A stretch of 64,000 nucleotides of DNA from Vicinamibacteria bacterium (lineage in GTDB: Bacteria > Acidobacteriota > Vicinamibacteria > Marinacidobacterales > Marinacidobacteraceae). The translations under genes and the position numbers were made by a program. The notes below the pieces were generated by a model. It saw only the letters and a program-made list of their open reading frames with translations, did no database searches and was not told where the DNA came from. The first letter of the stretch is position 1. The number at the start of each line of letters is the position of its first letter. Location of the stretch: the NCBI GenBank assembly GCA_963668695.2, contig CAXXLQ010000004.1, forward strand, positions 992,001 through 1,056,000, read 5' to 3'. Below are positions 1 through 10,144 of the stretch, in pieces.

Positions 1-273
1 GCCGAACGCATCCTCCGGATGGCCGAGAGAGAGCAAAGAACTGGACACCACCTCACGAGCCAAGTCGCCTCCGCAACGGCTGCTGATACCAAACGCGGTC
101 AGCATTTCGGCCTCATTGCCGTGTTGGCCGCGTTGGGCGTGACCGCATATCTCGGATACCTAGGCCACGCAGGTGCCGCCGGTGCCGTGGGCACTACCAC
201 GGTCGTCGGTGTCGCGACCGCCTTCGTCCTTGGCAGAAAAGAGCCAGGCGCAAAGACAAGCGAGTCCGAGTAG
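1..273 (+). CDS. DUF2335-like membrane protein (5' end outside the window)
   Basis: Frame is open from base 1 and reads AERILRMAEREQ...RGQHFG, followed by two hydrophobic helices, the usual DUF2335 pattern. Confidence 0.65.
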   Translation, partial: AERILRMAEREQRTGHHLTSQVASATAADTKRGQHFGLIAVLAALGVTAYLGYLGHAGAAGAVGTTTVVGVATAFVLGRKEPGAKTSESE

Positions 274-400
274 GGGTTCGTACGCCGCACCAATCCTCCG
301 GCGTCGTCACCACGATTCTGATCGCACGCCCGGACAAACTACGCAACGGGCTTTGGCCGCGGCACAGTTCGCCCCCCGCGGGCGGCGATGCCGGCCAGAG

Positions 401-433
401 GCCGGTAGTGCGCCGGTAGTGCGCCGGTAGAGC
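401..433. repeat. 11-bp tandem repeat x3 (GCCGGTAGTGC) next to a REP-like palindrome
   Basis: gccggtagtgc gccggtagtgc gccggtagagc read directly. Confidence 0.7.
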
Positions 434-486
434 GGTTGTCGGGCGCCGTGACGCCGGTCCAGGGACATCTCCGTGCGCTTGGAGCC

Positions 487-846
487 CTACCCGCCCTCGA
501 ACCGCCGGCGGAGTCGCTCGACGCGCCGCCGATTGACGCCCAGGTCCCACGCGACGTAGATCCGCGACGCGGAACGGACGTGGATCAGACCCTGGCGGCG
601 ACAGAGAAGAAACTCCAGGTCGTCCACAAACCCGACCAGGGTCCGGCAGCGGGCGTGGAGGTATTCATCCGTGGCGGTGGCGATTCTGGTCCGCGGGAAG
701 TCCTCCACCACCCGCTTGAGGCGGGCGAAGGCGGCGTCCGGATCCTCCGTAGCGTCGAACGGCTCGACGCGGTGGCGAGCCGGGGCATCCTCGCGGCTGG
801 AGACGCAGGTACAGAGCGCGGGGCAGGGCGACAGGTGGCCGGACAC
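487..846 (-). CDS. DUF1499 domain protein
   Basis: Motifs PCP..CVSS, GFVDDLEF, IHVRSASR and DLGVNRRRVERLR. Confidence 0.85.
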   Translation of the reverse strand: MSGHLSPCPALCTCVSSREDAPARHRVEPFDATEDPDAAFARLKRVVEDFPRTRIATATDEYLHARCRTLVGFVDDLEFLLCRRQGLIHVRSASRIYVAWDLGVNRRRVERLRRRFEGG

Positions 847-949
847 GGCGAGCGAGAGTAACTGGGTGTTGGCGGTGGCACCATCCAGCGGGGAGCGTCG
901 GGGTCTCGCCGTCCCCGGTTGCGTTCGGGCGGTGAGGATGAATGAGGCT

Positions 950-1017
950 GTGAGTTTCGCGGCCTGCGGCCGCGATGCCGGCCAGTTCTCCCGGTGGGGG
1001 CGTGAACACCGGCGCTC
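950..1017 (-). repeat. REP-like palindromic repeat (family B) carrying the 18-19-nt insert
   Basis: Reverse complement of GGAGCGCCGGTxTTCAxx-CCGGCATCGCGGCCGCAGGCCGCGAAACTCAC, matching the copy at 5311-5360. Confidence 0.7.
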
Positions 1018-1240
1018 CTAGCAGCCTGTGGCAAAACCCACGCGGCCCAGTTCTCCCGGTGGGGGCTCGAGCGGCGATCCGTCCCGCCTGAACCGCCCCC
1101 CCACCGGGAGAACTGGCGCTCTGCGGCGCTCTGCGTTGCGTTTCGGTCGAAATACACTCGGTATTCCTCCCTCGCGCGCCTTGTCAGCCGGGCGCCTCGC
1201 CGCTCTCGGCGCTCACGTGGGTTTCACCACGGGCTGCTAG
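1018..1240. mobile_element. MITE family A copy 1, flanked by CTAG on both sides
   Basis: Terminal inverted repeats CAGCCTGTGGCAAAACCCACG / CGTGGGTTTCACCACGGGCTG with CTAG flanks. Homologous copies start at 9573, 13295, 37312 and 49138. Confidence 0.8.
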
Positions 1241-2349
1241 CCCAGACAGGTCTCCAGCGCATCCGCGGCCCGGTGGACGTCTGCCGGGGTCGTCCACCCC
1301 AGGTGGCCGAGGCGCAGGATCTTGCCGGCCAGCCGGCCAAGTCCTCCCGCCAGGACGATTCCGTGGCGCTCCTGGAGGGCGCGGGAGAGTTCGGGCCAGG
1401 ACACCCCCTTGGGGAGCCACGCCGCGGTCACCGTGTTTGAGGCGGTCGCATCGTCCGCAACGAGACCGAGGCCCATCGCGGACAGCCGCTCGCGAGCCGC
1501 CAAGGCGGCGTCCGCGTGGCGGCGGAAGACGGCTTCGCGGCCTTCGCGGAGCATCAGCCGAATGCCGGCCTCCATGGCGAACAGGACCGGGAGTGCCGGC
1601 GTGAAGGGCATGGAACCGCGGGCCATCGCTTCCCGGTAGCGAGCGAATTTCCAGTAGTAGCGGGGAAGCGTCGCGACCCGTTCCGCCGCTTCGGCGCGCT
1701 CCGACGTCCAGACCATCGCCATTCCGGGGGGAAGTCCCCACGCCTTCTGGGAGGCGGTGAACACCGCGTCGCACGCATCCACCGCGAGCGGCATGGCTCC
1801 GAGGCTCGACACCGCATCCACCAGCACCAGCGCCTCCCCCTCCTCGCGGACGATGCGGATCAACTCCGGGAGCGGATGCCCGACGCCGGTCGAGGTTTCG
1901 GAATGGGTCAGCAACACCGCGCGGATCCCGGGCCGGACGCGGAGCGCCACCCGCAGCCGCTCGGGCGCGGCCGGCTCACCCCACGGCGTTTCGAGCGACC
2001 GGACGGCAAGCCCAAAGGCCTCCGCCACCCCGAGAAATCGTTCCGCGAACTGGCCCCCTCCGGTGCCGAGCACCAGATCGCCCGGCGACAACAGGTTGGC
2101 GACGGTCGCCTCCATCGCTCCGGTTCCGGAAGCCGTCAGCAGCACGGGCGGGCGGGCGGTCCCGAGGTACTCGGAAAACCCTTCCCCGACGCCGTGGATC
2201 AGCGCGCGGGCCTCCGGCCCCCGGTAGGAAATCATCGGCCGCGACATCGCCGCGGCCACTTCCGGATGGAGGGGGGTAGGTCCGGGAGTGAGCAGTCCCG
2301 AGGGAATCGGGGAATCTCCCGGGGAACGGCCGGAGGTCACTTCCTCCAA
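1237..2349 (-). CDS. Class V PLP aminotransferase (alanine/serine-glyoxylate aminotransferase family)
   Basis: LLTPGPT, SGTGAME, HSETSTG, DAVSS, ASQKAWGLPPG (PLP lysine), RLGHLG. Confidence 0.9.
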   Translation of the reverse strand: MEEVTSGRSPGDSPIPSGLLTPGPTPLHPEVAAAMSRPMISYRGPEARALIHGVGEGFSEYLGTARPPVLLTASGTGAMEATVANLLSPGDLVLGTGGGQFAERFLGVAEAFGLAVRSLETPWGEPAAPERLRVALRVRPGIRAVLLTHSETSTGVGHPLPELIRIVREEGEALVLVDAVSSLGAMPLAVDACDAVFTASQKAWGLPPGMAMVWTSERAEAAERVATLPRYYWKFARYREAMARGSMPFTPALPVLFAMEAGIRLMLREGREAVFRRHADAALAARERLSAMGLGLVADDATASNTVTAAWLPKGVSWPELSRALQERHGIVLAGGLGRLAGKILRLGHLGWTTPADVHRAADALETCLG

Positions 2350-2380
2350 AGCTGCGGCGCCGGGGACCTCGGTGGGCCGC

Positions 2381-3910
2381 TCACATCGTGAGGATCGCGG
2401 CGAAGCTGACGATGGAGCGAAAGAAGTGACCCAGACGGAGGTTTTCGTTCGGACTGTGCTGATTGTTGTCGTGGTTCACGGTGGGAACCATCAGCGCCGG
2501 AACGCCCAGGGCCTCGACGAAAGGTGCGATCGGAACCGTCCCGCCACTCGTGCGTTTCCGCACCGGCTCCTCTCCCCAGATTTCGGTCAGGCTGCCGATG
2601 AGCCGCGCTGCGACCGGATGATCGAGCGGAGTCCGAAACGCGTTCGTGCCCGAACCGCGGGTCAGACGAAGAAGACGTGGATGTTCCCGCCGCTCGGCGT
2701 CGGTCGGATCCCGATCCAGAATGAACCAGCCTTGCTCCCGGATGAAATCGCGGACCTTGGCAAACATCTCGTCCGCCGGGGTTTCGGCGACGAGACGCAC
2801 GTCGATCGCCGCCGTCGCGGTGGCCGGGACGATCGTCCGCGCGTCCGCACCGACCCAGGCGCTCGCCAGACCCCGCACGTTCAGCGAGGGGAACTGGATG
2901 GCTTCTTGCAGGGAATCTCCCACCCGATCAGCCTCCGCGAAGCCGAGCGACTGCATCAACGCCGGGAGATCGTCGGGTACCGCTGCCAGCGCCCGCCGAT
3001 CGTCGGAGCTGAACTCGATCCCGTCGTAGAAGCCGGGAATCACGACGCGGCCGCCCTCGTCCTTCATCGAGGCGATGAGCTGCGCCAACCGGACCGCCGG
3101 ATTGGGGGCCCAGTTGCCGTAGTGGCCGCTATGGAGCGGAACGCGGGGACCGTAGACGACGATTTCCAGGGTCAGATTCCCCCGGGCGCCGAAACTGACC
3201 GTCGGCCGGCCGCTCTGGTGCAGGGGCCCGTCGAGAATGAGCATCGAGTCGGCGGCGAACCGACTCCCGTAGCGGGCAATCGCGGGAACCAGACTCGGAG
3301 ACCCTGCCTCTTCCTCTCCGTCGAGGATCAGCTTCAGGTTGCTGGTGACGGTGATCCCCGCCGAGTCGAGCGCGTCGAGGGCGCCGAGAAAGGCGATGAT
3401 CGGCGCGGTGTCATCGGCAACCGAGCGCGCGTAGAGGCGGTCGTCGGGGCGGAATACCTCGCTCGCGTGGAGATCGAGGAGACCGGCGCCGTCGGCAAGA
3501 CGGCCCTCGCGCAGGACCGGCTGGAAAGGATCATCCTGTTGCCAGCGGCTGGGATCCACCGGCTGACCGTCGTAGTGGAAATAGATGAGCAGGGTCCGGT
3601 CGGCTCCGGCTGCGGGACGCTCGCCGAAGACCAGGGGGTTGCCGTCGGTTTCGAGGAGTTCGGCTTCAAAACCGCGCCGCTCGAGCGCGGCTTCCAGATA
3701 CTCCGCCTTGCGCCGGATATTGACGGCGTCCGCCGCAACGGCCGGAATGGAGATTGCCTCGACGAGTTCGCCCACGAGCTCCTTCTGCGCTCCATCCACG
3801 TACTGCTCCACCGTGGTTCGAAGGTCCTGGGTCGGCGCCGGCGCGGCCAGCGCCGGGACCGCGGCCACAACGCCCGCCAGGACGCCCGCGAGAACCGCCC
3901 CGCGCGTCAT
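2381..3910 (-). CDS. Secreted M20/M25/M40 metallopeptidase
   Basis: Signal peptide; HYDGQP, ARSVADD, DGEEEAGS, HSGHYGNW, NNQHSPNENL. Confidence 0.9.
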   Translation of the reverse strand: MTRGAVLAGVLAGVVAAVPALAAPAPTQDLRTTVEQYVDGAQKELVGELVEAISIPAVAADAVNIRRKAEYLEAALERRGFEAELLETDGNPLVFGERPAAGADRTLLIYFHYDGQPVDPSRWQQDDPFQPVLREGRLADGAGLLDLHASEVFRPDDRLYARSVADDTAPIIAFLGALDALDSAGITVTSNLKLILDGEEEAGSPSLVPAIARYGSRFAADSMLILDGPLHQSGRPTVSFGARGNLTLEIVVYGPRVPLHSGHYGNWAPNPAVRLAQLIASMKDEGGRVVIPGFYDGIEFSSDDRRALAAVPDDLPALMQSLGFAEADRVGDSLQEAIQFPSLNVRGLASAWVGADARTIVPATATAAIDVRLVAETPADEMFAKVRDFIREQGWFILDRDPTDAERREHPRLLRLTRGSGTNAFRTPLDHPVAARLIGSLTEIWGEEPVRKRTSGGTVPIAPFVEALGVPALMVPTVNHDNNQHSPNENLRLGHFFRSIVSFAAILTM

Positions 3911-5010
3911 TGAGCCCGCCCCGTGGTCGAACCCGGGTCGTCCGATTCCTGTTCTCCCAACTCACGCAGCAGAGACAGGTCCATGTCGAATTGGTAGATG
4001 CTGTCGGGGGTGGCGACCGCCATCGTACGGCTCCCGTTGAGCGCAACGCCCACCAGCGGCGGAGCGCTGATCACCCGCCGGGCACCGGTGGGGGTGAACA
4101 GAAACAGGCCGGCGTCGCCAGCGAGACCTTCGGCAACGAAACAACGGTCCCGGTCATCGAAGGCGATTCCCTGGGGCCGGCCAAAGCCGGAGTGCACCCG
4201 GCAGGGCTCTCCGTCCGGCCGGAACTCGACAATCTGGTCGCGGGACGACAGCGTGGGGCCGGAGACGAACAGATAGCCGAGCGAATTGAAGGCCAGGTGA
4301 TAGGCCGAAATCGAGGCGCGCAGGTGCGAGAACACGCTTACGTCGCCGTCGTCGCCGACCCGGTAGAGCGTTCCGTCACGATCGCCGATCACCAGCTCGC
4401 CCGTTGGGGAGAACCCGAGCCCGGTTGCGCAACCGAGATTCTCGGCGAGCATGTGGAAGACGCCGTCGTCACCCATCCGGTAAACGCACCCGTCCTCACG
4501 AGAGGACACGTAGAGCGTGTCGTCCGGCCCCCACGCCAGACCGGTGGGATTCACGATGCCGTCACCCATCGGCTCGGGCTCGCCATCGTCGCTCAACCGA
4601 TAGATCGGATGAGGGACCTTCTCACCGCGCCGGCCGCTGACCGTCGAATACAGATTGCCGCGGGGGTCGTACACCGGATTCGCGACAATGTGGAGATCCT
4701 CGGCGAGGAGTCGGCCGATGGTTACGCGGTAGGGCTCGGTTTCCCGGTCGTTCAGGCATACCCGGACATCGTCCCCGGCGCCATCCGGAACCTTCACCCC
4801 CAGTCGCGTTGAAGACACGCGGTACAGATGCGCCTCTTGGTCTCCGAAGAACACCCTGAGCCGCGGAGCCTGGTCTACGGCGAAACCGCGGCCCCCGATG
4901 TCCAACCGCCCTCCCGGGAGCGCGTAAAGCGGCCAGATCCGATCGATGGCAAGGCGCGGGCGCTTCGTCCGTTCAGCGCGCCGCGCGGGAGGACGAGCAC
5001 GAGGGGGCAT
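3907..5010 (-). CDS. SMP-30/gluconolactonase-like beta-propeller with N-terminal IPT/TIG-like domain
   Basis: Repeated blade motifs NPTGLAWGPD, ATGLGFSP, PQGIAFD; overlaps the peptidase start by 4 bp. Confidence 0.7.
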   Translation of the reverse strand: MPPRARPPARRAERTKRPRLAIDRIWPLYALPGGRLDIGGRGFAVDQAPRLRVFFGDQEAHLYRVSSTRLGVKVPDGAGDDVRVCLNDRETEPYRVTIGRLLAEDLHIVANPVYDPRGNLYSTVSGRRGEKVPHPIYRLSDDGEPEPMGDGIVNPTGLAWGPDDTLYVSSREDGCVYRMGDDGVFHMLAENLGCATGLGFSPTGELVIGDRDGTLYRVGDDGDVSVFSHLRASISAYHLAFNSLGYLFVSGPTLSSRDQIVEFRPDGEPCRVHSGFGRPQGIAFDDRDRCFVAEGLAGDAGLFLFTPTGARRVISAPPLVGVALNGSRTMAVATPDSIYQFDMDLSLLRELGEQESDDPGSTTGRAQ

Positions 5011-5039
5011 CTACGGCAGATTAGCAGCGGGAGCGGGAG

Positions 5040-5360
5040 GGAGCGCCGGTCTTCAGACCAGGAGCGCCGGTCTTCAGACCGGCATCGCTCCCCGCAGGGG
5101 AGCGAATCTCTCCCACCGCCAAGCCCCCGCATGACCCAGCCGACAAACAGCGCGGCGCAGCGCAATCCACCCCTGGGAGCGCCGGTCTTCAGACCCCCAC
5201 CGGGAGAACTGGCCAGCATCGCTCCCCGCAGGGGAGCGAATCTCTCCCACCGCCAAGCTCCCGCATGACCCAGCCGATAAACAGCGCGGCGCAGCGCAAT
5301 CCACCCCCTGGGAGCGCCGGCCTTCAGACCGGCATCGCGGCCGCAGGCCGCGAAACTCAC
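5040..5360 (+). repeat. Tandem cluster of REP-like family B units (about 115-bp period)
   Basis: GGAGCGCCGGTCTTCAGACC(GGCATCGC) begins at 5040, 5061, 5176 and 5311. The unit at 5176 carries a 19-nt insertion. Confidence 0.85.
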
Positions 5361-5557
5361 GCCGCCATGTTCGTCCGTTGCCCGGACCTCTCCGGGGATG
5401 GCGAAACGCCGTACGGACGCGTGGGTGACGTCGCGCCATCCTCGTTGCCTTCTACGCCATCGAGGGAATGGCGACGGGAGTTTCGCTCCCGTGCGGGGAG
5501 CGAGGCCGGTCTCAATGAAGACCGGCGGTCCTCTGCGCGGTTAGGATCGGCGGTTTC

Positions 5558-6070
5558 ATGGCGACCGATCCCGCTCGGGACCAGACGGCGGCCCGTCGGT
5601 CCGGCCCGTCCACCCCGCAGATCGCGGTGATCGGCGGGTCGAATGCGCCCGCCGAGGTGCTCCGCGAGGCGGAAACGGTCGGGAGGGAACTGGCGCTCGC
5701 CGGAGCCAGCGTGGTCTGCGGCGGGCTCGGAGGCGTCATGGAAGCCGCCTGCAAGGGTGCCCACGCAGCCGGAGGTTTGACGATCGGCATTCTCCCGGGG
5801 GATGACCGGCGGGACGCAAACCCCTGGGTGACGTGCGCCATCCCCACCGGGCTCGGCCACTTCCGGAATTTCCTGGTGGTCCGCGCCGCGGACGGGGTAA
5901 TCGCTCTTCCGGGCGCAAGCGGCACTCTCTCCGAGGCCGCCATGGCGAGGACTTTGGGGAGGCCCGTGGTTGCCGTCCTTCAGCCCGCCGGAGGGTGGAG
6001 CGTCCCTGGAGCCACGGCCGCCGGGTCCGCTGCGGAGGCCGTTCGGCTGGTGCTGGCAGCCTGTGGATAG
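5558..6070 (+). CDS. TIGR00725 family (LOG-like) nucleotide-binding protein
   Basis: IAVIGGS, VCGGLGGVMEAACKGA, TIGILPG, RNFLVV, GTLSE. Confidence 0.85.
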   Translation: MATDPARDQTAARRSGPSTPQIAVIGGSNAPAEVLREAETVGRELALAGASVVCGGLGGVMEAACKGAHAAGGLTIGILPGDDRRDANPWVTCAIPTGLGHFRNFLVVRAADGVIALPGASGTLSEAAMARTLGRPVVAVLQPAGGWSVPGATAAGSAAEAVRLVLAACG

Positions 6071-6132
6071 AGTGCCGTGGGCGCCGAAGCGGGTGAGGCC
6101 GGCGCCGGTCTCCCACCCCCGGGAACAAATCG

Positions 6133-9100
6133 GTGAACCCTGACGCTGCGCTGGAGACACATGTGGTCTCCGGCTTCGAAACGCTTCTCGCCGCCGTCCG
6201 GGCACGCCGCAATTCCGGAGCCCGGCGGATCGGCCGCCTCTTCGGCCTCTCGCGGCTGGCGCTCGTGGCGGCCTGGGCGCGGGAATCCCCAAAACCGCTG
6301 CTCTTCCTGACGGCTCACGACCGGGACCTCCTGACGGCAGCCGCCGATCTCGAAGTGTTGCTGGCCGCGCTCGGCGAACCGCGTCCCGTCCTGCGGCTGC
6401 CTGGTCCCTCGGCGAACCCCTACGCGGGAGTCGCTCCCCACGCCGAGGTGTTGGCGCTTCGCGCCGTGGCGCTCTCCGCGCTCGCTCAGGCCTCTCCGGG
6501 GAACCCGCCCCTGGTCATCGCCTCGGCCGCGGGCGCGCTGCGCCGGACGGCCGGACCGGACCACCTTCGTGAGGCGGGCATCTGCGTCCGGCAGGGGATG
6601 GACGCATCCCCCGCGGAGGTTGCGGCTCAACTCACGGCAGCGGGCTACCGCTACGAGGACCCGGTGAGCGGGCCGGGAGACTTCGCCCGCCGCGGCGGCA
6701 TCGTCGACTTCTTCCCGGTGGACCGGGATCTTCCGGTCCGCGTCGAGTTCGGATTCGAGGAAATCGAAAGCATCCGGGAGTTCGAGGTGGACACCCAACG
6801 CGGCGGCGACCACCTGGCGCGACCGGAAGCGGTCGTTGTCCCGCCGTCTTGGGAATGGATCGGCGCCGAGCTCGGGGAAGGGCCCCATCCCGCATTTCGC
6901 CTTCCAGGCTCTCCCGGATTCCAGAGCGGGCTCGACGACTACCTGGAAGGCGCCGAGGCCGAGGTGGTCCTGGACGAACCGGATCGGTTCTGGGCTGCGG
7001 CCGAAGCCGAAACGGCGCGCGTGGTGGACGCCCGCCTCGCGGCGAAGGAATTCGCGGCGCGCGCCGCGGCCCCACCCGAGGCGCTGCTGATCGGAATGGA
7101 AGCGCTTCGAGACCGGCTGGAGCAGCCGCCCCCGTCCGGGGCGGTCGAACTGCGGGAACTGGAGACCGCCTCATCGGCAACTGCCGGCAGCCAGGATCTT
7201 CCCGCGCGGCCCGCCGACTCATTCCGGAACCGGACCGGGGACTTCCTGAACGCGCTGAGAAAGGAAGGCGATCCGCGGCGCACCGTGCACGTCTTCGTTC
7301 CCGGAAACGCCGCCGCCGAGAGAGTTGCGTTGCGCGCCCGGGAGGCGGGAGCCCGGATCGTCCCCCGGATTCGGGAGTCCCGTCACACCGCCGGGGCATC
7401 GACCGCGGAAGGGACCCCGGAAGAGACCCCAGGAGCGGTCCCGGCGCCGCCGCGAGTCTTCGTCCATGCGGGGAGGTTGAGCGCTGGTTTCGAGATTCCG
7501 GATCTTCACCTCGAGGTGATCAGCGGGGCCGCCATGGTGGCCGCACCTCCCCGTGCGCTGCGGCGCCGGTCTCGCTCCAGCAGTTTCCTTTCGGACTTCA
7601 GAGACCTGAAACCCGGAGATCCGGTGGTGCACACCGACCACGGCGTGGGGCGCTTCATTCGGATGACCCGCCTCGGCGAAGGGGAAGACGCCCCCGAACT
7701 GGTGGAGATCCACTACGCGCGGGGAGGAAAGCTCTTCCTGCCGGTGGACCGGCTGGACCTCCTCGAGAAGTACACGGCCGGCTCGGCGGCGGGGACGCCG
7801 GCACTCGACCGGCTTGGGGGCACGAGCTGGGTCCGGCGGCGAAAACGCGTCGCGAAAGCCATGCGCGACATCGCGGGGGAACTCATCCGCCTCTACGCGG
7901 AGCGGAAGCGGGTGGCCGGCTACGCGTTTTCCCGCGACATCCTGGGAATGGAGGACTTCGAGGACACCTTCGAGTGGACCGAAACCGAAGATCAGGGACG
8001 GGCGATCCGGGACGTTTTCGAGGATATGGAGTCGGAGGCGCCCATGGACCGGTTGCTGGCGGGTGATGTCGGTTTCGGCAAGACCGAGGTTGCGCTCCGG
8101 GCCGCCTTCAAGGCGGCGATGGACGGAAAGCAGGTCGCCATCCTGGTTCCGACCACGGTACTGGCCGCCCAGCACGCGCGCGTCTTCGAACGGCGCTTCG
8201 CTCCGTTCCCGGTCCGGACGGAGCTTCTTTCGCGGTTCCGTACGCCAAGACAACAAAAGGAGGTGGTCGCCGGAATCCGGGACGGGACCGTGGACGTGGT
8301 CATCGGAACCCACCGACTGCTGTCGAAGGACGTTGAGTTTCGTGATCTCGGACTCCTGATCGTGGACGAGGAGCAGCGTTTCGGCGTATCGGCCAAGGAG
8401 CGGTTGAAAGCGATGGCTCCCCGGGTGGACCACCTGGCGATGACCGCCACACCGATCCCGCGCACGCTCAACATGTCGCTCGCCGGCATCCGCGACATGT
8501 CGGTGATCGAAACCGCGCCGCGGGACCGGATGGCCATCCAGACCCATGTCCTCCCATTCGAAACGGACCGCATCGCGGAGGCCATCCGGCACGAACTCGC
8601 GCGCGAGGGCCAGGTGTACTTCGTTCACAACCGGGTTCGCTCGCTCCCGGCGATGGAAAAGCTCCTCCAGCGCCTGGTTCCCGAGGCCCGAATCCTGATC
8701 GCCCACGGGCAGATGCGCGAAGCCGCTCTGGAGCGCACGCTGATCCGCTTCCAGGAACACGAAGCGGACATCCTGTTGACGACCACCATCATCGAGAACG
8801 GGATCGATCTACCCCGGGTCAACACCCTGCTGGTGAATCGGGCCGACGCGTTCGGACTCGCCCAGCTCTACCAGATCCGGGGGCGGGTCGGCCGCTCCTC
8901 ACGGCGGGCCTACGCCTATCTGCTGGTGCCCCAGGGAGCACCCCTTTCGGACACCGCTCAGCCGCGTCTCGCCGCACTCCGGGAATTCAGCGAACTGGGC
9001 GCCGGGTTCCGGGTCGCGGCGCTCGACATGGAGCTGCGCGGGGCGGGCAATCTGTTGGGGGCCGCCCAGCACGGCCATCTGGAGGCGGTAGGGTTCGATC

Positions 9101-9582
9101 TCTACTACCGGCTGCTCGAAGAAGCGGTCGCCGAGGCCCGCGGCGACCGTCCCAGATCCCGTTGCGCCATGAACCTCCGCTTCCAGTTCCGTATTCCCGG
9201 CGGCTGGCTGGACGACGTTCGGCGCCGCATGTGGCTCTACAAGCGGTGCTCCTCAGCGGCCGATCTCGACACTCTGGACCGGCTGCGCGATGAAGTGCGC
9301 GACCGATTCGGAGCCCTGCCGCGGGAAGTGGAGCTGCTCTTCCAGCATGTGCGGCTCCGGATCCGCGCCGAAGCCCTGGGTTACGCGGCAGTGATCCGGG
9401 AAGGCGACTCACTGCGCTTTGCATCGGATGCCAAGGACCGGAGCTTCCGCTCTCCTCTCGCGCACGGGGCGGGACCAGCCGAGGTTCTGGGATCGCTCCA
9501 GATGGCTCTTTCGGCCCTGGAGGCCGTTGCTCTCAGCCGGGCACAAGAGGGCTCGGCCGACGGAAGGGCCAGCAGCCGGTGA
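6133..9582 (+). CDS. mfd: Transcription-repair coupling factor
   Basis: RRGGIVDFFP; CarD-like VVHTDHGVGRF; GDVGFGKTEVA; DEEQRFG; MTATPIPRTL; QIRGRVGRS; C-terminal TRCF domain. Confidence 0.97.
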   Translation: MNPDAALETHVVSGFETLLAAVRARRNSGARRIGRLFGLSRLALVAAWARESPKPLLFLTAHDRDLLTAAADLEVLLAALGEPRPVLRLPGPSANPYAGVAPHAEVLALRAVALSALAQASPGNPPLVIASAAGALRRTAGPDHLREAGICVRQGMDASPAEVAAQLTAAGYRYEDPVSGPGDFARRGGIVDFFPVDRDLPVRVEFGFEEIESIREFEVDTQRGGDHLARPEAVVVPPSWEWIGAELGEGPHPAFRLPGSPGFQSGLDDYLEGAEAEVVLDEPDRFWAAAEAETARVVDARLAAKEFAARAAAPPEALLIGMEALRDRLEQPPPSGAVELRELETASSATAGSQDLPARPADSFRNRTGDFLNALRKEGDPRRTVHVFVPGNAAAERVALRAREAGARIVPRIRESRHTAGASTAEGTPEETPGAVPAPPRVFVHAGRLSAGFEIPDLHLEVISGAAMVAAPPRALRRRSRSSSFLSDFRDLKPGDPVVHTDHGVGRFIRMTRLGEGEDAPELVEIHYARGGKLFLPVDRLDLLEKYTAGSAAGTPALDRLGGTSWVRRRKRVAKAMRDIAGELIRLYAERKRVAGYAFSRDILGMEDFEDTFEWTETEDQGRAIRDVFEDMESEAPMDRLLAGDVGFGKTEVALRAAFKAAMDGKQVAILVPTTVLAAQHARVFERRFAPFPVRTELLSRFRTPRQQKEVVAGIRDGTVDVVIGTHRLLSKDVEFRDLGLLIVDEEQRFGVSAKERLKAMAPRVDHLAMTATPIPRTLNMSLAGIRDMSVIETAPRDRMAIQTHVLPFETDRIAEAIRHELAREGQVYFVHNRVRSLPAMEKLLQRLVPEARILIAHGQMREAALERTLIRFQEHEADILLTTTIIENGIDLPRVNTLLVNRADAFGLAQLYQIRGRVGRSSRRAYAYLLVPQGAPLSDTAQPRLAALREFSELGAGFRVAALDMELRGAGNLLGAAQHGHLEAVGFDLYYRLLEEAVAEARGDRPRSRCAMNLRFQFRIPGGWLDDVRRRMWLYKRCSSAADLDTLDRLRDEVRDRFGALPREVELLFQHVRLRIRAEALGYAAVIREGDSLRFASDAKDRSFRSPLAHGAGPAEVLGSLQMALSALEAVALSRAQEGSADGRASSR

Positions 9583-10135
9583 TGAAACCCACGCGGCCCA
9601 GTTCTCCCGGTAGGGGCTCGCCCGGCGATCCATCCCGGCTGAACCGCGTCGCTTTCGCGCCGCTCATCGTTGCGCTTCGGTCGGAATACACTCGGGCCAG
9701 TTCTCCCGGTGCTCCTCCCTCACGCGCCTTGTCACCCGGGCGCCTCGCCCCCACCGGGAGACTGGCCAGCCTCGGCGCTCACCCGGGTTCCACCACCGGC
9801 TGTTCACCGCGTCGCTGCGCGCCGCTCATCGTTGCGTTTCGGTCGCAATACACCCGGGCCAGTTCTCCCGGTGGGGGCTCCTCCCTCACGCGCCTTGTCA
9901 GCCAAGCGCCTCGCCCCCACCGGGAGACTGGCCAGCCTCGGCGCTCACCCGGGTTCCACCACCGGCTGTTCACCGCGTCGCTGCGCGCCGCTCATCGTTG
10001 CGTTTCGGTCGCAATACACCCGGGCCAGTTCTCCCGGTGGGGGCTCCTCCCTCACGCGCCTTGTCAGCCAAGCGCCTCGCCCCCACCGGGAGGACTGGCC
10101 GGGCTCGGCGCTCACCCGGGTTCCACCACCGGCTG
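9573..10135. mobile_element. MITE family A copy 2, with its 3' two-thirds tandemly triplicated (about 166-bp period)
   Basis: Starts CAGCCGGTGATGAAACCCACG; three successive ...GGGTTCCACCACCGGCTG ends; contains the mfd stop codon. Confidence 0.85.
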
Positions 10136-10144
10136 CTACCCCTC

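Noticed and set aside
2288-3913. Long antisense ORFs (also 14619-16418, 30972-32477, 38405-40507, 58705-60273)
   Set aside because: These are shadow frames of real genes, expected at high GC, with no motifs.
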